A stretch of DNA of 20,167 bases from the NCBI GenBank assembly GCA_040004055.1, contig JAMPKT010000123.1:1-20167 (forward strand), given 5' to 3'. Every line of letters starts with the position of its first letter. The first letter of the stretch is position 1. The DNA comes from Microcoleus vaginatus DQ-U2. Lineage in GTDB: Bacteria; Cyanobacteriota; Cyanobacteriia; Cyanobacteriales; Microcoleaceae. Positions 6,537 to 14,565 of the stretch are shown one piece after another. Below the pieces are notes generated by a model. The model saw only the letters and a list, made by a program, of their open reading frames with translations. It searched no databases and had not been told where the DNA came from. The translations under genes and the position numbers were made by a program.

Positions 6537-6642
6537 AGGACTTACGCATGGGGCCCAGAAACCGGGTTTTTTCCAGAATACTTCGTTACAGCCCGCAGAC
6601 TCGGTAAAAAACCCGGTTTCTCTGACGAAGCGCATAAGTCCC
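6537..6642. mobile_element. MITE-like hairpin element, copy 3
   Basis: The copy reads aggacttacgcatggggcccagaaaccgggtttttt...acttcgttacagcccgc...ggtaaaaaacccggtttctctgacgaagcgcataagtcc. Terminal and internal inverted repeats are intact. Confidence 0.75.
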
Positions 6643-6791
6643 GATCGCATTAAAAAGAGATAAGTTGCGATTTTTCGTTTGGTGGGGGCGGGTTTTTGAG
6701 ATTGTCTATCTGTGTCATAAAGGGTTGAAAAAACCCGCCGCTACAGGTCTATCGAGGATGCGCGAGATTTAAGATTTTACGGTTGATTCCC

Positions 6792-8300
6792 CTACTTCAT
6801 CTCATATCCAAACAAATTCGGATCGACTTCTCCCAAATTCAAATCTGCCAAACCATACTCGGCCCAACGCCTTTCTACCATCGCGGCCACATCCGGATCT
6901 GACTCCAAAACTTCCCCCCACTCGTGATCGGTTTCCGGCGGCATCTTCGTAGTAGCATCAATCCCCATTCTGCCTCCCAAACCAATCTTTTCACTGGCAA
7001 AATCTAAGGTATCAAAGGGCGTATTCGGCAGAATAAACACATCCCGAACCGGATCGACTTTAGAACTAATTGCCCAAACTACTTGACGCGGGTCGCGAAT
7101 GTTGATACTTTTATCGACAACAATCACAAACTTAGTGTAAGTAAACTGCGGTAATGCACTCCAAAATGCTAAAGCAGCCCTGCGCGCTTGACCGGGATAT
7201 GCTTTATCGATCGAGATAATTGCCGCTTTATAACTCAGCGCTTCCATCGGTAAGAAGAAATCGACAATTTCCGATACTTGCTGCCGCAAAATAGGGGTAT
7301 AAATACGGTTAAGCGCGATCGCCATCATTGCTTCTTCTTTCGGCGGCCGCCCGCTAAATGTGGTCAGATAAATCGGGTCTTTGCGGTGCGTCATGCAGTG
7401 GAACCGCACCAACGGCGAATCTTCCACGCCGCCGTAATAACCCATGTGATCCCCGAAGGGCCCGTCGGGCAGAACTTCCCCCGGCGTAATCGTTCCTTCT
7501 AACACGATTTCCGAGTCTGCCGGTACTTCCAAATCTACGGTTTTGCACTTCGCCAATTGCACGCCGGAACCGCCGTAAAGTCCGGCAAATAACCATTCCG
7601 ATAAATCTACAGGAATTGGGGTTGCTGCGGCGAGGATAATCAGGGGATCGACTCCAAGGGCGATCGCAACTTCCAACTTTTTACCAGCCTGCGCCGCTTT
7701 CCGCAAGTGCCGCGCCCCTCCCCGCACCGATAACCAGTGTACAGTCATCGTGTTTTTTGACTGCAACTGCAACCGATAAACCCCCACATTCGGCGTACCG
7801 GTTTCGCAATCTTTGGTAATTACCAAACCCAGGGTGATAATTTTGCCCGCATCTCCCGGATAAGGGCGAATCATCGGGATTTTGTTCAAATCCAGCCCTT
7901 GTCCCTCAAGTACCACTTGCTGACAAGCTGGGAAAAAGTCTCGGCCGGGTTTGGCTTTCACTACGTCAAACAGCACTTTGCCGAATTCTATGGCTTGGGA
8001 AATCTTTTTCGGCGGTTTCGGCTGTTGCAGCATTCCCAGTTTTTTGCCGAGCTCTTCTAGTTCGATCGGCTTTTCCATGTTCATCGCCCAGCAAACGCGC
8101 TGTTCCGTGCCCAACAGGTTAATTGCGACGGGGAAATCTGCCCCTTTGACGTTTTCAAACAGCAATCCGGGGCCGCCTTTTTGCAGCATTTGGTTGGAAA
8201 TTTCGGCAATTTCGAGGTCGGAATCGACTAAAGCGCTAATCCGGCGCAGTTGTCCCCGTTCTTCGAGTAGTTTTAGGAATCCCCGCAAGTCTCTAGCCAT
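6792..8300 (-). CDS. ubiD: UbiD-family (prenylated-FMN dependent) aromatic decarboxylase; 4-hydroxybenzoate decarboxylase type of quinone biosynthesis
   Basis: The 502-aa protein starts MARDLRGFLKLLEERGQLRRISALVD...GGPGLLFENVKG. It also has ...GDHMGYYGG... and a length typical of UbiD. Confidence 0.88.
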   Translation of the reverse strand: MARDLRGFLKLLEERGQLRRISALVDSDLEIAEISNQMLQKGGPGLLFENVKGADFPVAINLLGTEQRVCWAMNMEKPIELEELGKKLGMLQQPKPPKKISQAIEFGKVLFDVVKAKPGRDFFPACQQVVLEGQGLDLNKIPMIRPYPGDAGKIITLGLVITKDCETGTPNVGVYRLQLQSKNTMTVHWLSVRGGARHLRKAAQAGKKLEVAIALGVDPLIILAAATPIPVDLSEWLFAGLYGGSGVQLAKCKTVDLEVPADSEIVLEGTITPGEVLPDGPFGDHMGYYGGVEDSPLVRFHCMTHRKDPIYLTTFSGRPPKEEAMMAIALNRIYTPILRQQVSEIVDFFLPMEALSYKAAIISIDKAYPGQARRAALAFWSALPQFTYTKFVIVVDKSINIRDPRQVVWAISSKVDPVRDVFILPNTPFDTLDFASEKIGLGGRMGIDATTKMPPETDHEWGEVLESDPDVAAMVERRWAEYGLADLNLGEVDPNLFGYEMK

Positions 8301-8395
8301 TTTTTTTAAGAATTGTTAACGTTCTTTTGTTATTATGAGCCGATCGACTGCCACAAGTTACTCCTGAACCGCTCAAAAGATACGTATTTAACGAA

Positions 8396-8438
8396 CCGCG
8401 AAGACGCGAAGGGCGCGAAGGAAGAGAAAGAAGAAGAT
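8396..8438. repeat. Short tandem repeat (GCGAAGNN, 8-9 bp period) followed by a purine-rich tract
   Basis: The sequence is ccgcgaagacgcgaagggcgcgaaggaagagaaagaagaaga. Its reverse complement aligns with 14527-14565. Confidence 0.75.
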
Positions 8439-8475
8439 AGGTAATGCCTTGTTCGGTTCGGGAGTAGGCTGCATA

Positions 8476-9660
8476 ATGGGTTACATGAAATGTCCAAGAT
8501 GCGAATCTGACCAAGTTCGTAAAAACGGCCGTCCCAACGGGCACCAGCGGTATCTTTGCAAAGCTTGCCGCCAACATTTTTTTGAGCGGTTGAGTCCGCA
8601 GTCTTTCAGTCGCAAATGCACCGAAACACGGTTAAGCGAAGCTATCCCGAAGGAAATCGCCCCTGCAACCACCACAGAGTCAGGCGGAATTGCGATTTTG
8701 CTGTTAGATGCCGAAAATCTGAAACTTAAGGTTAATACAGAACAATTTTTAGCCGATTTGTGCGACTATCCCCTGCAAGTTAAAATTGCTTTTGCTAACT
8801 GGAAAAACCCGAGTATCGGCAAGTTGGATGCTGAACTTTACGATCGCGGTTACGAACTGATTCACGTTCCGGGCGGTGCTAATAGTGCTGATGGTAAAAT
8901 GATTGCTTTTGGCGCTGCTATGTTATACCGCTATCGGGATGTCAAACAAGTGTTTGTCTGTTCTTCGGATGGTTTGTTAAATCATCTTTGCAATCAGTTG
9001 CAAAATCAGGGAGTGACTGTGTTTCGGGTGCGACGGCAAAATGCTGTGTTGTCTGTAGAAAATCCTCTGACTGGTGATACTCATCATTATTCTTGTGAGA
9101 GGGAACTGGAAATCCCTAGTTTTGAAGAATTGGCTAATCAAGTTGCAGAGTTGTTGAAGGCTGAACACAAATCTATTGAGGAGCGAATCGCTCGTTTTTC
9201 TAGTGTGGCGGAGCTTTTTCAAGAGCGCCGAACTGTTGCTTTCACTTCTACAACTTCCCCTGCAGCAGCACTGTCGCAGTCAGTACAAAACGAAGTTACC
9301 CCGGTGTCTGAAGCATCTTTGGCTTCTGTTGCTGTCAATCAAAATTTGCAAGAAATAATTCCAGATCTCAATTCAAATCCTATTGAGTCCCTGGATGTTT
9401 TAAAATATATACTTGTGGAAATAATTGAAACGGCAAAAGTTGAGTTAAAAGAAGATTCTATTCCTGTGGCAATAATTAAGAAAAAGTTTTTTGCCAAATA
9501 TCAGTTTCATGCTGATTTAATTGTCAAACAATTGTTGGGGAATAATTCCAGTCTAATCAAATTATTCCAGTCAGAATCGGCGGATTTTAAAATAAAATTA
9601 ATCGGTAGCGAACATCAAGTGGCAATCATTCCAAAGATTGAAAGTTCAGAAGAAGAATAA
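8476..9660 (+). CDS. Zinc-ribbon (IS1 InsA-like) plus NYN/LabA-like PIN-fold ribonuclease domain protein with a C-terminal OST-HTH/LOTUS-like region
   Basis: The N-terminus is CPRCESDQVRKNGRPNGHQRYLCKACRQHF (C4 ribbon, GHQRYLC as in InsA). The NYN core has LLLDAEN, ANSADGKMI and VCSSDGLL acidic motifs. The start could be the ATG at 8476 or at 8485. GGAG lies at 8460-8463. Confidence 0.8.
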   Translation: MGYMKCPRCESDQVRKNGRPNGHQRYLCKACRQHFFERLSPQSFSRKCTETRLSEAIPKEIAPATTTESGGIAILLLDAENLKLKVNTEQFLADLCDYPLQVKIAFANWKNPSIGKLDAELYDRGYELIHVPGGANSADGKMIAFGAAMLYRYRDVKQVFVCSSDGLLNHLCNQLQNQGVTVFRVRRQNAVLSVENPLTGDTHHYSCERELEIPSFEELANQVAELLKAEHKSIEERIARFSSVAELFQERRTVAFTSTTSPAAALSQSVQNEVTPVSEASLASVAVNQNLQEIIPDLNSNPIESLDVLKYILVEIIETAKVELKEDSIPVAIIKKKFFAKYQFHADLIVKQLLGNNSSLIKLFQSESADFKIKLIGSEHQVAIIPKIESSEEE

Positions 9661-9667
9661 CATTTAT

Positions 9668-9698
9668 GAAGTGGCGATCGCACTTCCCTAGCTTTTTT
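9668..9698 (+). terminator. Possible intrinsic terminator after the NYN gene
   Basis: The hairpin is gaagtg-gcgatcg-cacttc, followed 6 nt later by tttttt. The stem is short and the spacing to the T-tract is not ideal. Confidence 0.35.
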
Positions 9699-9856
9699 AT
9701 AAATACGGCCCTACCTGCGCTATAAATCGCCCGCCAAGCCGTGCGGAATTAGCGGAGTGCGATCGGAAAAATATTTTTTCCGGCGAGCGCCTATTTCGAG
9801 GGTCAACCCTACGCGTAATAACTCCAATATAACTTGCAGCAGTTACCCCTCAAAAC

Positions 9857-9970
9857 CTTAATCTAATGTTAACCATAATTTCAAATAAGCTTATTGTTAT
9901 TGCAGCCATTTCTTAAGAGTTAAAAGTTTAATCTAAAATTAACCATAATTTAAAACAAGCTTATTGTTTT
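9857..9970 (+). promoter_or_regulatory. Two arrays of Pho boxes (SphR/PhoB-type) upstream of pstS
   Basis: Array A boxes are CTTAATCT (9857), gttaacca (9868), tttcaaat (9879) and cttattgt (9890). Array B boxes are TTTAATCT (9927), attaacca (9938), tttaaaac (9949) and cttattgt (9960). Within each array the 8-bp boxes are spaced by 3 bp (11-bp phasing), which fits the cyanobacterial PyTTAAPyPy(T/A) consensus. Confidence 0.6.
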
Positions 9971-10049
9971 CTAGGTCTTTACTTAGGGATTTCAGTCTAT
10001 CCTATGTAGGGATTCCCAAAGCCTGCTATCAATATTGAGGACGACAATT

Positions 10050-11078
10050 ATGACTTTCTTCACAGCACGTTGGCGGCGTGCTTTTATAGTTACGCTAGCG
10101 GTAGCAGCATTTTCGCTCTCGTTGATTACTTCTGCTGTAGCTGCTGTCACACTAAACGGTTCGGGAGCAACTTTCCCTAAACCTCTTTACGATCGCTACT
10201 TCTCTCAGATGAGAAGTGCAAATCAAATTACTGTAAACTACGAAGGAACTGGCAGCGGTGCTGGCATCAAAGCATTAATTGCAGGCACTGTTGATTTCGC
10301 AGGCAGCGACGCGCTGATGACGGCGGCGCAAATCGCTGAGGTAAAGCGCGGCGTCATGGCAGTTCCGACTGCTGGCGGCGCTGTTGCAGTTGTCTACAAC
10401 TTGCCCGGAGTGACGAATCTGAGGCTAAATAACGATGCGATGAAAGGCATCTTTGAAGGCAAGATTACTCGCTGGAATGATGCGAAAATAGCCGGAATTT
10501 CTGGACAAGCTAAAAACTTGCCAAATACTCCCATTCGAGTAGCTGTACGCGCAGATAGCAGCGGTACAACTTTTATTTTTGCTAACCACTTGCAGGCGAC
10601 CGGTAGCAGCATCAAAGCTGCCTCTCAGCCGAGTTGGCCAGGAAGCCCTGTCAGCGGTCAAGGAAACCCCGGCGTAGCTGCTTTGGTGAAAAATACAGCG
10701 GGTGCGATCGGCTACGTTCAAGATACTTTTGCTCGGCAAAACAATCTCCAAACAGCATTTATTCAAAATAAAGCTGGCCGATTTGTAGATCCTAGCTTGG
10801 CTGAAGCAGAGAAAGCTTTAGCAGGGGAAACATTCCCCGCAGACTTCCGCTTAGTAGAAGGCAATCCTAACGACGGCTATCCGATTGTTGGTTTGACTTG
10901 GCTGTTAATCTACAAACAGTATCCTGCTGCGAAAGCAGAGGCTATTAAAAAGATGGTTAATTGGGTGATGACTACAGGTCAAGGTATCAACAAACAGCTA
11001 GAGTTTACTCAGATTCCTTCACCTACAGCTCAAAAGGTGGTTCAAACAGTTAATCAGACTGTGGTTGCCAGAGGTTAA
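10050..11078 (+). CDS. pstS: Phosphate ABC transporter substrate-binding protein PstS
   Basis: The protein has a signal-peptide-like N-terminus and then LNGSGATFPKPLYDRYF and GTGSGAGIKAL, both typical of PstS. The ATG at 10050 has GAGGA 8 nt upstream. The TTG at 10035 in the track is less likely to be the start. Confidence 0.9.
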   Translation: MTFFTARWRRAFIVTLAVAAFSLSLITSAVAAVTLNGSGATFPKPLYDRYFSQMRSANQITVNYEGTGSGAGIKALIAGTVDFAGSDALMTAAQIAEVKRGVMAVPTAGGAVAVVYNLPGVTNLRLNNDAMKGIFEGKITRWNDAKIAGISGQAKNLPNTPIRVAVRADSSGTTFIFANHLQATGSSIKAASQPSWPGSPVSGQGNPGVAALVKNTAGAIGYVQDTFARQNNLQTAFIQNKAGRFVDPSLAEAEKALAGETFPADFRLVEGNPNDGYPIVGLTWLLIYKQYPAAKAEAIKKMVNWVMTTGQGINKQLEFTQIPSPTAQKVVQTVNQTVVARG

Positions 11079-11170
11079 TTCCGGCGATCGCACGGGGTTA
11101 GGAGTTGACGAGTTAAATGTATGACTCAAAACTCATAAATTATCAGGTTAATGTGCGCTAAATTTACTGT

Positions 11171-11195
11171 GTAAGGTACGCATTGCGTACCTTAC
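11171..11195 (+). other. Perfect hairpin (11-bp stem, 3-nt loop) in the pstS-pstC intercistronic spacer
   Basis: The sequence is gtaaggtacgc-att-gcgtaccttac. No U-tract follows. Confidence 0.5.
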
Positions 11196-11280
11196 AAACC
11201 AAGGTCGCAGCGCGCCCCCAGCCCATTACAATTCCTCGTCCTTTAAGCAAATATTTCACTGTGTACGCACTAATTTCGGT

Positions 11281-12282
11281 ATGACCAATATTTCAAAAAA
11301 ACCGAAGAAATTGACTCGGAAAACGACAGAAATAAACACAGAAGTAGATTTGACAGATACTGCTGGTGAAGGTCTATGGATGGAGTCAGGATTTACACTA
11401 TTTGTATGGGGTTTTGCCCTAGTGACAGCGGGCACGTTGTTTTGGATGAGTGCGGTAATTTTTAAAGATGCTTGGCCTGCTATTAGCAAATTTGGACTCT
11501 CATTCTTGTGGAATCCCAAGTGGGATATCGGCGAGTTGCAGTTTGGGGCTTTGCCGTTTATTTACGGTACTGTAATTAGTTCTGCGATCGGCATAATCAT
11601 CGCACTTCCTTTAGGGCTGTCAGTAGCTATAGTTACTAGCGAGAACTTCTTACCCGTTTGGGTGCGATCGCCCTTGGGATTCATGGTTGAATTAATCGCG
11701 GCTATTCCCAGCGTGATAGTTGGCCTGTGGGGAATCTTTGTTTTGATTCCCTTTTTGTTGCCATTGCAGCAGTCATTGTTCGATAATTTCAGTTGGTTTC
11801 CCCTGTTCAGCAGCGAACCTTTAGGCCCCGGAATGCTCCCAGCCGGAATACTGTTATCAATTATGATTTTGCCAACAGTAGCCGCCATCAGCCGCGAGGT
11901 ATTGATGTCAGTTCCAGTAGATTTGCGAAGTGCTTCCATGTCCCTCGGTGCCACCCGCTGGGAAACAATATTTAAGCTGTTATTGCCAGCAGCTAGTTCG
12001 GGGATTATCGGCGCCACCATATTAGCATTGGGACGCGCTTTAGGCGAAACAATGGCAGTCACAATGGTAATTGGCAACTCGATTCAAATTAACTCATCCC
12101 TGCTCGCTCCCAGCTACTCAATTCCTGCTGTTTTGGCAAGTCAATTTCGGGAAGCTGTCGAACCGCTGCACACCGGCGCTTTGATGTATTTAGCCTTAAT
12201 TTTATTTGTGATCACTTTGTTGGTAAATGCGATCGCAGTATTGTTAGTTCAGCTAATTGGCGCCAAGGGAGCTAAAAATTAG
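11281..12282 (+). CDS. pstC: Phosphate ABC transporter permease PstC
   Basis: This is a multi-TM protein with the EAA-type loop SMSLGATRWETIFKLLLPAASSGI. It occupies the expected position in a pstSCAB operon. Confidence 0.9.
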   Translation: MTNISKKPKKLTRKTTEINTEVDLTDTAGEGLWMESGFTLFVWGFALVTAGTLFWMSAVIFKDAWPAISKFGLSFLWNPKWDIGELQFGALPFIYGTVISSAIGIIIALPLGLSVAIVTSENFLPVWVRSPLGFMVELIAAIPSVIVGLWGIFVLIPFLLPLQQSLFDNFSWFPLFSSEPLGPGMLPAGILLSIMILPTVAAISREVLMSVPVDLRSASMSLGATRWETIFKLLLPAASSGIIGATILALGRALGETMAVTMVIGNSIQINSSLLAPSYSIPAVLASQFREAVEPLHTGALMYLALILFVITLLVNAIAVLLVQLIGAKGAKN

Positions 12283-12364
12283 CATCATCGAAAGCAATTT
12301 GGTCACAAGCCGCGCCGCCGGATTTACCCGCTGGTTCAATCTCAAATCTCAAATCTCAAATCGC

Positions 12365-13345
12365 ATGACTCAAGCAAAAAAAATAGACAGTATTCTGGAT
12401 GCAGAAATCAACAACCCCCTGTCGCTAAGCAGAACTTTTTTCAGCCGGGGAATGACAGTTATCGCTTTCGCTCTGACAGCTCTCGCCCTGCTCCCTTTGT
12501 TTGCTATTTTATACAAAATCCTGGGGGAAGGACTCACACATTTGAGCTGGGAAGTGCTAGTGTCTCTACCAGCACCCGTCGGAGTAGAAGACCAGCCCAA
12601 CGGCTTTGCAAATGCGATTCTCGGCACGGCTTTAATGGTGGGAATTGCTACATTAATCAGCGTACCCATAGGCGTAATGACGGGAATATTTTTGTCGGAG
12701 TTTGGTAGAGAAAACAAAGCGATTACCAATACTATTCGCTTTATCACTGTCATTCTCAGCAGCGTCCCTTCGATCGTAGTTGGCGTCTTTTCCTACGCCC
12801 TAATTGTCGTTACCACCAAAGCCTTTTCAGGAGTAGCAGGCGGTTTTGCCCTCGCCGTCATCATGCTTCCAGTTGTTGCTCTGACAACAGAACAAGCATT
12901 AAAATTAGTGCCTACTTCTTACCGCCTCGCTTCTGCTGGTTTGGGAGGCGGACGCTTTCAGACTATGTTTCGGATTATCATACCCTCAGCACTTCCAACT
13001 ATTACCACAGGTATTTTACTCGCTGCTTCCCGGGCCGCCGGCGAAACCGCACCGTTGATAGTAACTGCCTTGTCAAGTCAATTTTGGCCTCCTTTAGTTG
13101 ATAAGTTGGGCGAGATAATGCAGTCCCCCATAGGTGCAGAAACTATCTCAAAACTCAAAGAAATTCCCGAGACACTGCTAACTCCGACTCCTTCTATGTC
13201 GGTATTAATATATAGCTACGCCAGCTCTCCTTACAAGGAGCAGAACGAATTGGCGTGGACTGCTGCCTCTGTCCTTTTGGGCATGGTTTTGATTGCTAGC
13301 GTCGCATCCCGTACAGTAACTCGGAAACGCTTGCAAAACCGATAA
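12365..13345 (+). CDS. pstA: Phosphate ABC transporter permease PstA
   Basis: This is a multi-TM protein containing ASAGLGGGRFQTMFRIIIPSALP and ASRAAGETAPLIVTA. The ATG at 12365 is preferred over the track start at 12257, which overlaps pstC. Confidence 0.88.
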   Translation: MTQAKKIDSILDAEINNPLSLSRTFFSRGMTVIAFALTALALLPLFAILYKILGEGLTHLSWEVLVSLPAPVGVEDQPNGFANAILGTALMVGIATLISVPIGVMTGIFLSEFGRENKAITNTIRFITVILSSVPSIVVGVFSYALIVVTTKAFSGVAGGFALAVIMLPVVALTTEQALKLVPTSYRLASAGLGGGRFQTMFRIIIPSALPTITTGILLAASRAAGETAPLIVTALSSQFWPPLVDKLGEIMQSPIGAETISKLKEIPETLLTPTPSMSVLIYSYASSPYKEQNELAWTAASVLLGMVLIASVASRTVTRKRLQNR

Positions 13346-13401
13346 ATCAATAACTAAAGTGCATCTCTCAGTCAAATATTAACCATATAACCAGGCAAAT
13401 A

Positions 13402-14253
13402 ATGAAACCTAAAGCTAACTTGAAATCAGAAAACTATACAGATCAATTCCTAGACGATGCCACCCCGGAAATTGACCCCCATGCACTCCCAGCATTGCGG
13501 GTTCAGGACTTGAGTTTTTCCTACGGCACTCACAAAGTCCTCGAAAATTTATCCATGAATATTCCTCACCCACAAGTTACGGCTATTATTGGCCCATCAG
13601 GTTGTGGCAAATCCACTTTTCTCAAAGCTCTAAACCGGATTGGTGAATTGGAGGGAAAAGTTAAAATTGAAGGAAGAGTAGAGTTTTTTGGACAAGATAT
13701 TTACAGCCCGAAAGTAAACATTAATAGTTTGCGCCGCCAAATTGGGATGGTGTTTCAAAGACCAAATCCTTTTCCGCTGAGCATCTACGATAATATTGCT
13801 TACGGGGTGAGGATTTTTGGTCGCAAAAGCAAAGCAGAATTAGATGAAATTGTGGAATCTGCACTCAAAAGTGCGGCGCTTTGGAATGAAGTCAAAGACG
13901 ATTTGAAAAAATCGGCTCAGGGGATTTCGGGGGGACAGCAGCAGCGACTTTGTATTGCTCGCGCTTTGGCTGTGAAGCCGAAAATTTTGCTGATGGATGA
14001 ACCTTGTTCTGCTCTAGATCCGATTTCAACGATGAAGATTGAGGAGTTATTTCAGACTCTGCGGCAGCAGTTAACTGTTGTGATTGTGACGCACAATATG
14101 CAGCAGGCTGCTCGCGTTTCTGATTACACGGCCTTTTTTAATACTGATGAAAGTCGCATCGGTCGCATGGTTGAATTTGGGCCGACAAGTAAGATTTTTA
14201 CTTCGGCGGGCAATTCGAGTACGAGAGATTACATTCAAGGCCGTTTCGGTTAA
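13402..14253 (+). CDS. pstB: Phosphate ABC transporter ATP-binding protein PstB
   Basis: Motifs present: Walker A GPSGCGKST, MVFQRPNPFPLSIYDNIAYG (PstB-specific), signature ISGGQQQRLCIARA and Walker B ILLMDEP. Confidence 0.95.
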   Translation: MKPKANLKSENYTDQFLDDATPEIDPHALPALRVQDLSFSYGTHKVLENLSMNIPHPQVTAIIGPSGCGKSTFLKALNRIGELEGKVKIEGRVEFFGQDIYSPKVNINSLRRQIGMVFQRPNPFPLSIYDNIAYGVRIFGRKSKAELDEIVESALKSAALWNEVKDDLKKSAQGISGGQQQRLCIARALAVKPKILLMDEPCSALDPISTMKIEELFQTLRQQLTVVIVTHNMQQAARVSDYTAFFNTDESRIGRMVEFGPTSKIFTSAGNSSTRDYIQGRFG

Positions 14254-14526
14254 TACCAGGGTTTTTTCCTGTCTCTCAGTCGCTATATTCCGACAGGGGC
14301 TTAAGTCCCTGTCTCACCGTTAAAGTTCTCTTAAGAACACTATGAAATAGTAATAGTATTTGAGTTATAGCAATCCTAAATCATTTGTGTAATTCTTGTA
14401 GGGGCAAACCCCCCGTGGTTGCCCCATGAAGCCGGGGTAGGCACTCTTGGCACTACCCCTACATCTTTTTACGATTCATTTAGGATTGCTATATATCAAA
14501 TCCGTTAGTATCGGAATTATTCATCT

Positions 14527-14565
14527 CTCTGTTCTCTTCCTCTGCGTACTCTGCGTACTCTGCGG
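14527..14565. repeat. Short tandem repeat (CTGCGTACT, 9-bp period) preceded by a pyrimidine-rich tract; same family as 8396-8438 in the opposite orientation
   Basis: The sequence ctctgttctcttcctctgcgtactctgcgtactctgcgg compares with the reverse complement of 8396-8438, cttctttctcttccttcgcgcccttcgcgtcttcgcgg. Confidence 0.75.

Noticed and set aside
6687-6739. Inverted repeat ggcgggttttt...aaaaaacccgcc considered as a bidirectional terminator between the NB-ARC gene and ubiD
   Set aside because: The loop is about 30 nt, too long for a canonical intrinsic terminator. It may be another small repeat element. It is mentioned under the MITE finding but not listed as a feature.
7278-8577. ORFs 7278..7502(+), 7354..7596(-), 7951..8319(+) and 8293..8577(-)
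   Set aside because: The first three overlap ubiD in other frames or on the other strand. The last spans the ubiD/NYN divergent intergenic region including the GCGAAG repeat. None has motifs.
8476-8580. IS1-type insertion sequence suggested by the InsA-like zinc ribbon
   Set aside because: There is no InsB/DDE transposase ORF, no frameshift window into one, and no flanking inverted repeats. The ribbon is fused in frame to a NYN domain, so it is a domain fusion and not a mobile element.
11562-12753. Antisense or alternative-frame ORFs within pstC and pstA (11562..12077-, 11793..11975+, 12370..12753-)
   Set aside because: They overlap well-supported permease genes. An antisense hydrophobic gene commonly yields long spurious ORFs.
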